A stretch of DNA of 55,446 bases, the filler included, from Squatina squatina (Eukaryota): NCBI GenBank assembly GCA_031763465.1. It is 2 parts of one record of this genome, joined end to end, with 100 filler letters (N's around TTAATTAATTAA, not from the genome) between each part and the next. Parts side by side here need not be neighbours in the genome. Positions count along the whole stretch, not along the records: positions 1 to 26,315 come from JARFOE010000013.1; positions 26,416 to 55,446 come from JARFOE010000013.1. One strand, given 5' to 3'. The notes beneath the pieces are model-generated. The model was not told the origin of the DNA. It ran no database searches and saw nothing but the letters and a program-made list of their open reading frames with translations. The translations under genes were made by a program, and so were the position numbers. Positions 24,349 through 35,939 of this stretch are shown piece by piece (position 1 is the stretch's first letter; every line of letters begins with the position of its first letter).

Positions 24349-25150
24349 GTAAGGCCCGAAGTGTAACGGAAAGTTTTCCAATTAAGCGAGCTNNNNNNNN
24401 NNNNNNNNNNNNNNNNNNNNNNNNNNNNNNNNNNNNNNNNNNNNNNNNNNNNNNNNNNNNNNNNNNNNNNNNNNNNNNNNNNNNNNNNNNNNNNNNNNNN
24501 NNNNNNNNNNNNNNNNNNNNNNNNNNNNNNNNNNNNNNNNNNNNNNNNNNNNNNNNNNNNNNNNNNNNNNNNNNNNNNNNNNNNNNNNNNNNNNNNNNNN
24601 NNNNNNNNNNNNNNNNNNNNNNNNNNNNNNNNNNNNNNNNNNNNNNNNNNNNNNNNNNNNNNNNNNNNNNNNNNNNNNNNNNNNNNNNNNNNNNNNNNNN
24701 NNNNNNNNNNNNNNNNNNNNNNNNNNNAGTCATCTCTGTCCTCATGCCTTTGTAATTGCCTATATTTAAGTTTAATACACCAGTTTCAGCAATCAGCCTT
24801 CAATCCTTGACTCCAGCTTTCCTCTGAGCATTCATGGTCTGAATGCACCTGTTACCAAATGGCATCAGCAGCAGCTCCATCCTACCACTTGACTCATCTG
24901 CTCTTCCACTAATGTTCAGATAGTTGATTTCCTTTTTTAACTCTCAAAATTTTCATTATAACAGTACTATTAAAGTATTTTTATACATATACTACTTCCA
25001 CCGATTCTGTAATTTGCCTAGACATAAAAATCATTCTTAATAATTAATAAATGTCAAAGAAATTGCAATACTAGGTTTGTTTAACAAAAAACAGAACCCC
25101 ACTTTAGAATTAATACATTAACTTTGTTTACAATTTTCTTCTATTTTCAG

Positions 25151-25332
25151 GTGAGAAGCCATTCTCTTGCCCTCACTGCAGCAGAGCCTTCGCTGATCGA
25201 TCTAACCTGAGAGCACATCTACAAACTCATTCGGATGTGAAAAAATATCAGTGCAAAAACTGTGCCAAAACTTTCTCTAGAATGTCTCTTCTCCACAAAC
25301 ACGAAGAATCAGGATGCTGCATAGCACATTGA
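25151..25332 (+). CDS. SNAI2: SNAI2 exon 3: fingers 4-5 and stop ([60 protein letters not shown])
   Basis: Manual translation; ttttcag acceptor; TGA at 25330-25332; 79+591+182 = 852 bp = 283 aa plus stop. Confidence 0.97.
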
Positions 25333-25818
25333 GAAACATGGAATTATACTAAGAGCTAATTATAATGCTGTTTTCAAGTTCCCTATCCAAGCATTCCAAC
25401 TGCTCTGTTCCATCAAGATTTTATAATTCTGAAATTGTTGAAGCAACTTTTATAATTTACATTTAGGATAAAAGTCTTGAAAAACAAGATGACAAGTTAT
25501 GATGATTAAGAATATTCTAACTATGAACAGCACTGTGGAATGCAATATTGTTTGGAACACTCAGTGTAATACCCACTTTGTGCCTTCTGTCAATGTGGCT
25601 GTACATCATGTCCATATATAATGTAAATAATCTATTTTTGTATTTGGATGCATTATGTATGAAAGTGAACTAAATGCAGTAATGCACCAAGACACTTAAA
25701 CATGTGTAAGTTAAAGGCAAAAGTTTATTTGTTATAGCCTGCACTCTGATATGTTTAGCTATGTATTTTCCATCCACTTTTTAAAAAATAAACATGTTTT
25801 TGACTTTTTTATAATAAA
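25333..25818 (+). promoter_or_regulatory. SNAI2 3'UTR with candidate poly(A) signals
   Basis: AU-rich sequence after the stop; AATAAA at 25787-25792 and 25813-25818. The true cleavage site is unknown. Confidence 0.5.
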
Positions 25819-26315
25819 CCTTTTAAAAATATGTCATACTGTCATATCCGTCTACCAGATGCCAGGCGTCAGACAGACCTCAATATACAAATGTCCATAC
25901 AGGATGGATTTTGTTTCTGTGAAATCCTGGCTGTTAATTACCATGTGTTTCAGATCAAAGCTGTAAGGTATTTGGACCTACTAACCAATGAACAGGACAC
26001 TGTTCAGGAAATAATCATTTTCCTGTTGTGGTGTCTCACAAACTGGAGAGTAAATTGAATTGCAGAAACGCTTAACACGTAAACAGGCCGTTAAATACTA
26101 GCCCATTGTAAGATATGTACAGCCTCCGTATCAAAGATAGCCAATTATTCTGACCTTTCCATTTGTGAATTCCATTCTTTTTTTTTCTCATTGCATTGTA
26201 GCTTTTCTCTTTCTAATTGCAGTATATGCACACTTTTCTCTTTCACAACTGATGCCATCGTATTTTGGTAAATTACATTCAGCCTGGTGCATCTGTAGCG
26301 CAGCTATGTAAACCA

Positions 26316-26415
26316 NNNNNNNNNNNNNNNNNNNNNNNNNNNNNNNNNNNNNNNNNNNNTTAATTAATTAANNNNNNNNNNNNNNNNNNNNNNNNNNNNN
26401 NNNNNNNNNNNNNNN
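26316..26415. other. Artificial scaffold linker N44-TTAATTAATTAA-N44
   Basis: A 12-bp palindrome with stop codons in all six frames, centred exactly in a 100-bp gap. Confidence 0.9.
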
Positions 26416-26585
26416 AAGAGAGGTAGAGAGGCGGAGAGGTTTAGGAAGGGAATTCCAGAGTTTAGGGCCTTGGCAGCTGAAGGCTCGGCCGCCAATAGTG
26501 GAGCGATTCAAATCAGGATACTCAAAAGAATTAGAGGACTGTCGATATCTCAGAGGTTTGCGGGCTGGAGAAGATTTCAGAGATG
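26416..26585 (-). mobile_element. L2 LINE 3' ORF2 fragment
   Basis: RSTIGGRAFSCQGPKLWNSLPKPLRLSTSL is the L2 C-terminal GxRAFS...WNSLP motif. Confidence 0.85.
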
Positions 26586-27732
26586 GACATTGCCCACATA
26601 ACAGTAAGCACACTTCAAAGTAAATCACTGTAGGAAATGCGTTGATTTCAATGGTGATCAATCATTTCTCACATAGCTAAGATTAAAGTCTAAAGTGTAC
26701 TTAACCTGGTACTGTGGTAGTGATTGGAGAAGCAGTAGCTGGTGTCTATATCAGAGTACAAACATTAGCATTTGTTGATTTGTTGGGGGTGATTTCAATG
26801 ACCCCACAATCACATCAGGGTGTCACGCTTGGAGGGAGTGCGGGTCAGAGATAGGGCTACAACAATCTAGTGCTACAACAATCTAGTGCCGATTCACTGA
26901 ACTGCCCTCTCTTCTTCCCCCCATCCCTGAGCGCAGTTCTCCACTGGGAGCACAGGATTGTAAAAAAATCTCCAGAGAGACTAATTGGCCACCATCTCAC
27001 AGACCTAAGGCAATCATATCACTTAAGTAAAACTCTCTAAAAAGGTCAAACTTGTAGTTGAGCACTAATAATGGATGGTAGCTAAACTACAGTAGTGTCC
27101 TGCACCAAAATAAAAACACATTTTTCTAATATATTGCTTTGACAATGATCATTCTTAGCAGACTCTCCAACTATACATTTTGCCACAATTTTCAGGAACA
27201 AACGTGTTCCATCGGCATTTATTGACTGAATTTTGCGAGTTAGGAAACATAATGTACATGTACTGTACTCCTGCATGAATTCCAGGCACTTATTTTCTAG
27301 ACCAATTTATTACCACATTAACCTATTTATGGGCTCTTCCATGAATGCCTGCATTCAGCTGTTTCAGAGTAGCATGCACGTTAGATTGATGGAGGGCATG
27401 TGGTCTCTATTCAGCATCACTGCTCAATATTATTAATGACGATAGGATTGGTCTCCAGAGTATTTGCTAAAAAGAAAATGCTTGCCAGAAACTGAAAAAG
27501 GCAATGTGGAATGGAGATGTTGCACTGGATCCTTAATCCTACATCTCTGCAGGAAATCAGTGCTTCTGTGTAAGGGAACATCTCTTCATATAAAATAGTT
27601 TAACTAGAATAGACAAAGGTTGCTAATAACCCAAACTGGGGAGGGATGTATCTTACTTCACATTTCTCCCTCCCTCACTCTCATACATTCTATTCATCTT
27701 TCACACACATCCTTCCCATCTCTCATACACAC

Positions 27733-27946
27733 AGGGCGCCCAATGCGTAGTTTTATTTAGGCATTAAAATGGCGTTAAATGGGCTCAAAGTGCTTAACGT
27801 CAACTTACAGCATTAGCTTTTTGGCGCGAAATTCGTCTACCCGTTAACGCCAGCGCTAAACGGGCGTTAACGGGTTTAGGCTACAATCGCAAGTTTTAGC
27901 ATTAGAGTGTCCCGATGACATCATCAGTGAGCACAATGCTCAAATA
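27733..27946 (+). mobile_element. Harbinger-like transposon 5' terminal region
   Basis: CpG-rich island with a perfect 13-bp inverted repeat (27839-27875) and TGACATCATCAG shared with 31168-31831 and 39005-39540. Confidence 0.55.
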
Positions 27947-28046
27947 NNNNNNNNNNNNNNNNNNNNNNNNNNNNNNNNNNNNNNNNNNNNNNNNNNNNNN
28001 NNNNNNNNNNNNNNNNNNNNNNNNNNNNNNNNNNNNNNNNNNNNNN

Positions 28047-28700
28047 AGCCGGAACATGCAATCTGTCCTGGATAGCCTTGACAGGTCGACCGTACCGACA
28101 CAAAAATCACTGTCAGTGGCTCAGAGTTGGGCTATTTGCTACTGTCCAGCAAATGTCCACAAAAACCTTACGCCTGGTAAAAACAGATATAGGGCCTGCT
28201 TTCACCAGCGTAAGGGTTAATATAAATGTTAAATTAACAATGTAAAAATAAAAAATAAAACTAATGTAAGTTTTGGCCCAGATTAAAATGTTTAAATTTT
28301 TTAAATTATATTTTTATTGTAAATGCTTCATTAAAGGAACTTGTAATTGAATTTCAAAATGGAAACATTTATTTTTATTCCAGTTGTGTAAATTATCTAA
28401 TTATTTGGGGGTTCGGTTCATTCTAATGGGGATTCCATTTACGAATGGAATAACCATATGAGGAATCCTCCTTTCTAGTAGGAGGAGCTAGCCACGTGAT
28501 CCCAGGGATGCTTCCGAACCACCTGCGTCCCTGGGATCTGTCGGCCGTTACGCAGGCGTATGCCTGCCGGCCCAGGACCCGAAGTCTCCGAAGCCCAGGA
28601 GCCAGCAGGTAGGTGCGGATTTTGTTTATCGGGGTGGAAGCATACTCCGGAGATATGCCTCCGACCACAAATTCTGACCCATCAATTGTTTGAGTATCAT
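28047..28700 (+). mobile_element. Non-autonomous DNA transposon (GC-rich ends, AT-rich centre), family shared with 5256-5480 and 45911-46231
   Basis: Internal similarity between the copies; ends near ACAAATTCTGACCC, a Harbinger-type terminus. Confidence 0.55.
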
Positions 28701-29117
28701 CAAACCCCAAATAAAATATTTGATTCTTTGTTTTATAGTAAGATGAATAGCAATAAATTAAAGAAAGGACACAAAAGAATAGAAAGATTGAAGGGTAAGT
28801 AATGTTTATATTAAAAAAATACATTACAGTATCAACCACAATGAGAAATACCAAATAAATACCACTGATTTCAACAAAAACATTGATATAAGTAACTTGT
28901 AACTAAAGTTTTCATACAGTTTTATGACTTTTTACAATACACCCACACCTCACCACTGAAGCTCAGCTCCAATGCTGTCATCTTCACAAACAGCAATGAA
29001 ATGGTGTGTTTGGAATAGCAGGGGGCCGACAGGACTCAGATGGTTTTGTGCAAGCCATGATACCCAGGGTACCATGCATGTGCAAACTACACATACAAGG
29101 ACCATAACTCCCAAGTT

Positions 29118-30208
29118 AAGGAGCCCTAGTAAAATTGAAGTCAGGGGGAAGACTCTCCAGTGGCTGGTGTGATACCGAGCACAAAGGAAGATAGTTGTGG
29201 TTGGTGGAGGTCAATCTACTCAGTGCTAGGACATCACTGCAGGAGTTCATCAGGGCTGTGTCCTAGGCCCAACCATCTTCAGCTGTCTCATCAGTGACCT
29301 CTTCAGCATAAGTTCAGAATTGGGGATGTTCGCTGATGTTTGCATGGTGTTCAGTTCCATTCAGAACTGCTCAGAAAATGAAGCAGTCCATGCCCACATG
29401 CAGCAAGATCAGGATGACATTCAGGCTTGGGCTGATAAGTGGCAAGTAAAATTCACGACACAGAATGCTATCACCTTCATAACCAGCAATGACTATTTAC
29501 AACAAGCAAGAGCCTAACCACCTCCCCTTGACATTTAACAGCATTACCATCGTTGAATCCCCCACCATCGACATCCTGGGGGTCACCATTGACCAAAATC
29601 TTAAATGGACACATAAAAACAATGGCAACAAGAGCAGGTCAGAGGCTGGATATTCTGCAGTGAGTGTCTCACCTCCTGACTCTTCAAAGCCTTTCCACCA
29701 TCTACAAGGCACAAGTCTGGAGTGTGATGGAATATTCTCCATTTGCCTGGATGAGTGCAGCTCCAGCAACACACAAGAAGCTCGGCAACATCCAGGACAA
29801 GCAGCCCGCTTGATCGGCACCCCATCCACCACTTTAAACATTCACTCCCTCCACCATCGCACACCATGGCTGCAGCGTGTACCATCTACAAGATGCACTG
29901 CAGCAGCTCACCAAGGCTTCTTCAGCAGCACCTCCAAAACCCATGACCTCTACCATTTAGAAGGACAAGGGTAGCAGGCGCATGGGAACACCATCACCTG
30001 CAAGTTCCCCCCCCAAGTTACACGCCATCCTGACTTGGAAGTATATCGCCGTCCCTTCATTATTGCTGGGTCAAAATCCTGGAATTCTCTCTCTTACAGC
30101 ACTGTAGGAGTACCTTCACCGCCATCTTCTCAAGGGCAGTTAGGGATGAGCAATAAATGCTGAGCTTGCCAGCGACACACACATCCCATGAACGAATAAA
30201 GAAAAAAG
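29118..30208 (+). mobile_element. 5'-truncated CR1-group LINE (RT to 3' end)
   Basis: GVHQGCVLGPTIFSC, GMFADVCMVFS, IQAWADKWQVKF, LPLTFNSITIVESPTIDILGVTIDQNLKW, AACTIYKMHC and AGSKSWNSL; many frameshifts; A-rich end. Confidence 0.9.
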
Positions 30209-31167
30209 TGACATGATGATGTGGTGCTGCTCTTTCAATTTCAATAAGCTTCCAAGTTGGGGTTAGTAGTAGATATTCGGCATCCATAAATGTTCCAATA
30301 ATAATAATATGAGCACGGACTGCTTCATAGCCTGCTACTTTGAGTAAGTGTTTTAAAATCGATAGAGAGAGGTTTACCTCCTACCAACCCCCAGGAAACA
30401 AAAGATTTATCTATTAATCTTTCCAAAAAAGAAAAAACACTGGAGAGGATTGTAAATGGCAAAATATTTGTCACATAATATCACAGCTGGGGAGCTGTGA
30501 TCATTTTAACACATCCACTTATCCCCACTGACTGAGACCAAATGTAGATCAGATATCCAGAGTTGCTTTTATTGGCAATGGCCCTGTTCATAACAGTTAA
30601 GACTGTCTCACCCAGATCCGGCTTGAATAGGACACTTACATATTTAAATCTATCTCTGGACCAATGAAAGGGGAAATTGTCAGATATAATTTTCCTGTAG
30701 CATAACAACAGAGGATTAATTCCAGATTGTCTCCAGCTGATTCTGTCCACCAGCAGTGCAGGGAAGGATCCCACCATCAGATCAATTTCTTTTTAATAAC
30801 ATTTTACACATTGAATAATATGGCATTCATGCACAGCTAAAAGCTCTGGTGGTAAAGGGAAACTGAACTCATACAGGAAATAACAACGTTTACAACACTT
30901 GATCTGCCCAACTAAATTCATTTAAATAAGCAAATTACGTAGCAGTTTTGATGCAATAAATTCACATACACGCAGGTTTTTGAAGTGCAGAGATAAAACC
31001 AGTTAAAGGGACAATGCTGTTGCTGACAGCTGACAGACAAGCTTCCAACTACTAATTTTTAAACATGCAATACGCTGACTTGGTGTCATAATGACCTTGA
31101 TTTAAGAACAATAAAATATCAACTGAAGTTTGTTACCCATTTTCTATCAAAGTATATTTAATTTAAT

Positions 31168-31831
31168 GTAGCCGGCCAATTAGATTGCCCTGAGTTTCTG
31201 GCGCTAAGGGACCAATTGGAGAGCGCAAAGTTCAGGGGGGCCTAATTGGTTCTCCAGCGCTAGCGCTAAATGGGCGTAGAATGGGCGTTAGGGATCTAAC
31301 GCCCGTTTTTAGCGCTAAATTTTAAGACACAAAATTGGTGTCAGTTTAACGCTAGCCCAAAAATGGGCACTTCTGCGGGACCACTGAAAACATGGCGCTG
31401 GGCATAAAATGGACTCTCTGACATCATCAGAGGGCATAGTGCCCAAAATGGCCACCTGAAGCTGAATTGGGCTCCATTTCCATGGCGTTAAAGTGGTGGT
31501 GACAGCGCCCGTTTTTTTGGGTGGTGAGACCCGGAATGGACGTTATTTTGGCTGCAATTTGAATGTCTATGAGGCCCCACTATTTTTATTGCAAAAAAAC
31601 CTGTTTTGAGACGTGATAATGCCTTGGATTCATTGTGTGGGACTTGGAACAGCCATTATGAAGAGTTTGTCTGCTTTTGGCTGATCAATTGAAATTGACA
31701 AGAATGGGGCAAATCAACCACGGGGGCCATCGGAGTGGGTGTAGACGTGCAGGGATGGTGTCCTTTTGCAGCAGAGAGAGATGATCTCAGAACAAGATGA
31801 TGCCAGGCAGCATAGTGCAATAGCTGGTCAT
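31168..31831 (+). mobile_element. Harbinger-like transposon 5' region
   Basis: CpG-rich and palindromic (AGCGCTAGCGCT; GGGCGTTAG...CTAACGCCC); shares TGACATCATCAG, AAATGGCCACCTG and CGCCYGTTTTTTTGGGTGGT with 39005-39540. Confidence 0.6.
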
Positions 31832-32759
31832 NNNNNNNNNNNNNNNNNNNNNNNNNNNNNNNNNNNNNNNNNNNNNNNNNNNNNNNNNNNNNNNNNNNNN
31901 NNNNNNNNNNNNNNNNNNNNNNNNNNNNNNNTGAAAGTGTGCTGTTCAATGCAGCTTTTCTGGAAAGTTTCATTTTGAGCAAATGCTCAGGATGTGTGTC
32001 TGAGCCCTAAGAAAAGTAATGTTTCCTTATATTTGTCTTAATGTCACTGCAATCCAGGAATGTCACACTGGGGGACATTCTGCATCATGAATCATGCAAA
32101 TAGCAGACAAGTACTTGACAAAATGTGACACATTTCCCACCCCCTGTCCCTGCATATTACAAAAATTCCATCATTAGGTCATCTTTCAAGCTGAGAAACG
32201 GACAGCAGACAGAACGAATAGATGTAGAAGAATTTATTCAGGGAATTAGATGCCCTTATTACTGAAAGATCTGGAAAGAGAGCCAAGAATGTTAGTATTT
32301 CACAAAATTAGTACAGTCGGTGCATTCCTTGCAAATAAGGCCTCAGATCCCCTTGGCAGCTTCTGCAACCTCACAATAGAGGATTAATTTATAAATTCTG
32401 TTCAGCTTGTACCTCCAGCAGAACATAAGAGAATCCTAACAAGCTGCACTGAACAAATGTTGTCCTAGCGGCATGCTTAAAATCATGACTCCTCAACTCT
32501 ATTTATCAAAAGCAAACCAATTCCGTCCAGGGGACTACGTCCTTTTGAAGACAGAAAGGTCCATCCTGTGGGCACAAAGCAATTTATGGTATGCTGCATA
32601 AAGTTTGAGCAGATAAACATTGACTTGAATCAACAGTATTGAAATTTAACAACAAGCTGTTTTATGGAGGACTACTTTAAAAGTTTTTGTTTCAGTCCAA
32701 TTTTTCGTCAGTGTACAAAAAACACATCTTGATCTTTTAGGATAAAACAGTGATTAACA

Positions 32760-32967
32760 ATAAAAGATTAACAACTAAACAAAATACCAATAACTAAAGC
32801 AAAAAAAACCTGGAACTTAAATTAAAACCCCGCCGTCCCCAGTGAGGATGCACTCCAGTCCTCCCGGCGCCCACCGGTCGCGGAATGGCGCGAGAGTGCC
32901 GGCGGACACCGTGTGCTCCCTCTCCAGGAACACCCGGGCGCGAACGTAGCCGCGGAAGAGAGGCAGG
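32760..32967 (-). mobile_element. Tx1-like LINE 3' end
   Basis: LPLFRGYVRARVFLEREHTVSAGTLAPFRDRWAPGGLECI resembles the Tx1 ORF2 C-terminus; CpG-rich, so probably young; T-rich 3'UTR. Confidence 0.7.
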
Positions 32968-33239
32968 NNNNNNNNNNNNNNNNNNNNNNNNNNNNNNNNN
33001 NNNNNNNNNNNNNNNNNNNNNNNNNNNNNNNNNNNNNNNNNNNNNNNNNNNNNNNNNNNNNNNNNNNGGCCTTCCAAATCCGCCCCCGCCCCTCTCCCTG
33101 GATCAAGGCCTCCTTCGATCACGGCCTTCCAACCCCCATCTGTCTCTCCGACCCCTTCAAAACCCTCCCGCAACCGCATCCCCCACACAATCCCAGCCTC
33201 CTGACCAGTTATATAGAGTGATGAGAGAAACTAGGATTG

Positions 33240-33455
33240 TTCTCCTTAGAGCAGACAAGATTAAGGAGAGATTTAATAGAGGCATTCAATATTATGAAGG
33301 GATTTGCTCGAGTAAATAAGGAGAAGCTTTTTCCACTGTCAGAAGGGTCGGTGTAAGCAGAGGACACAGATTTAAGGTAATTGGCAGAAGAGCCAGAAGT
33401 GAGATGAGGAGAATTTTTTTTATGCAGCAAGTCATTATGATCTGAAGTGTACTGT
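33240..33455 (+). mobile_element. CR1 LINE ORF2 C-terminal fragment
   Basis: FSLEQTRLRRDLIEAFNIMKGFARVNKEKLFPL...RGHRFKV. Confidence 0.85.
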
Positions 33456-34897
33456 CTAATACAAATCTGAGGACTAGGAAACACTGAAACATCTGGTTAA
33501 TATGTCTTTATTAAATCAAGTCAATGAGATAATAAAACACAGCCCCTTACATGTAGTGTACATGAGATAAGGTACTGATTATAACTCACATACCAAGGAG
33601 GTTGCAAGTGTGTCATCTTGATTGCATCAAGACTAGGTCAAGGTCCCTAAGGAGGTCCAGTGCGTTGTATCTTTTATGGGTGCAATTAATTAGGACAAAT
33701 GTGTAAAATCTCTCATCTAACCGAGCGATGTACCTGATTATGTACAGCCACCAGAGACCGATGGTTCCAGAGATCGTGGATTGTGCACCTTCCAATTTCC
33801 GCATTCTCGACACAGTTCAAGGTGTTTTGCAATACAAGTATTTAAACCGTGCAATACCACATCTCCGAGCTCAGATCACAATGCAGATGTATGACTTGTT
33901 CTGAACTGCACTCCAAACTTTACAAAAAATATTAGGATCTTCAAGCTTCCAATCATCTACAACAATCACTGGCGAGCTCACTGCCAACCTTACCTAACCT
34001 TATTCATGCAAGATTTATTTCCTTGCTATTCGAGCTAAGACATTATTTTTATTACATGGTTTGCCTGTTGCTTCCAGCTGAGAGCAGTTTGCATCTCAAA
34101 GCAGACAATTCTGCACGGTGGGGGGGCCTTGACAATCTACCATATAAAATACAGGCACAGATGAAAGCAACTAAAACAAATCTGTAAAGGGCACAATGTC
34201 AACAGACAGATCTAATGTCATTCAATATCAGCAAATCCAGCTGGGTATCTGCTGCGGTTCAACATTTCTGCGCTTACAATTTGCTGGAAAGCAAGATAAT
34301 TTTTACTGCCATTTTCTGGTCTTAAATCTGAGGAATCATTATTTCAACCATTAGTAACTAAGTTGTGCCGCACTAACTTCACAAAAATGACCAACTCTTT
34401 TACTAGTGTTACAAACCTTGTACACGCTGCTTTCTGCATTACTGCGGAAATAGTTATAATTCCACTCTATTCCTATAGACTCTAGATATTGAAAGGCCAG
34501 TTGGCTCAATGATTCAATTTTAAAGGCACAACAGGAATTCCCATTAACATAACTTAGTATGTAAAATGCTTGGCTGAAGATTGACATCTTGTCAAAAAAA
34601 CGAGTGAATGCTAGCTCCCTGGAGACAATAACATACTTCACAGATTCATGCTAGGCAAGTTCTCATGGAATCTATAGATGTAACAGTCGGTCAATTAAGA
34701 AATAAATTAACTACAGTAGCCTTGTTATAACAAACATTTTCCTCTTCCAAGTATTCATTCTTTACTAAAATGCAATCTAAAAGTCCTTTACAAAAGTAAA
34801 ATGCATGTTCTGTGCTATTACAAAGAAGCTACGTTGCATGGAACCAAAGATTAGACCTTATTGCTGTTCGCACCTTGATGGCATGTACTGCTCCAAT

Positions 34898-35240
34898 TAG
34901 GCTTGCCAATCTTCCATGATTTTTCATGGAGTCTCCAGGAATTAAATATCAATCTCCTGGACACTGCTGCGAAAAACCAAGAGACAAACCATAGAAGCAT
35001 TTAAATAAAATTGTGTTTTTTTCACTTTCTTTGAACACTTTCATTTATTAGTTAAAAAGGCTGTCAGACCAACAGTTAAAAATTGTCCAATTGAGTAATA
35101 CTTGCTTTCCAATTGGCACGGGGAAGGCATTGCACTGCGAGGATGGGCATGTCAGACAGCCAATGGTGGTGGGGTGGTTGGAGAGAGGTGGTCAGTGATG
35201 AAACCTCCAGGAATACATCCAAACAGAATTGGCAACCCTA
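34898..35240. mobile_element. hAT-type MITE (343 bp)
   Basis: TIRs TAGGCTTGCCAAT / ATTGGCAACCCTA (12/13 match); TAGGGTTGCCA termini are typical of hAT non-autonomous elements; TSD not preserved. Confidence 0.7.
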
Positions 35241-35757
35241 ATGTTTGAGAAGCAATTGTATGATTTTTTACAACAAGCAAAACATTAAATATTATGCATC
35301 GGGACATCACAAATAGGAAGGCTACCTGGTTGGATTGAGTTATTGGGGATAATTTTACAAATTTGTAGGACAATTAAGAAATAAATTACATATTGGAAGT
35401 CTGGGCATGTGTCACAATCTAATCTTCATAATGGAGGGAAAATGATGGTGGGCAATGGGAGCTGGGGTCACGCGCACAAATGATACCCTCTTGATGGGAG
35501 AAACTCACACAGGGAGAGGGAATTCATAAAATTACCAACATTAGGTCTTCCTCTCCCAAGTTTTGCACACCACAGCCAGCATCAAATCATTTGTGTATGC
35601 TTTTGTTGCCTTATTCTACAGAATCCTTACATATCACACTATGATTACATTGTAAAAGTACTGATGGACAATCAGTGTCTCTAAACAGTACTGACCCGAA
35701 ATTCCAGACACTCCACTTGCTAGTGCAAGTACGGTGGAGACAAGTCCCCATCCATCC

Positions 35758-35939
35758 ATGTACCAAGACATAGACCCTNNNNNNNNNNNNNNNNNNNNNN
35801 NNNNNNNNNNNNNNNNNNNNNNNNNNNNNNNNNNNNNNNNNNNNNNNNNNNNNNNNNNNNNNNNNNNNNNNNNNNNNNTCATCAACGCAGATGGGCAATA
35901 CTTATTCTGCAGATATTGGGTGCCATCAAAACGGCCCAG
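35758..35939 (+). CDS. Monoglyceride lipase (MGLL)-like N-terminal exon, split by a 100-N gap; remaining exons not seen (gene or pseudogene)
   Basis: MYQDIDP[gap][20 protein letters not shown] aligns with recalled MGLL [27 protein letters not shown] and ends in a phase-2 gt donor at the equivalent position. Confidence 0.75.

Noticed and set aside
23748-24755. 335-aa single-exon reading of SNAI2
   Set aside because: Reads through the exon 2 donor into intron and Ns; the true CDS is spliced from three exons.
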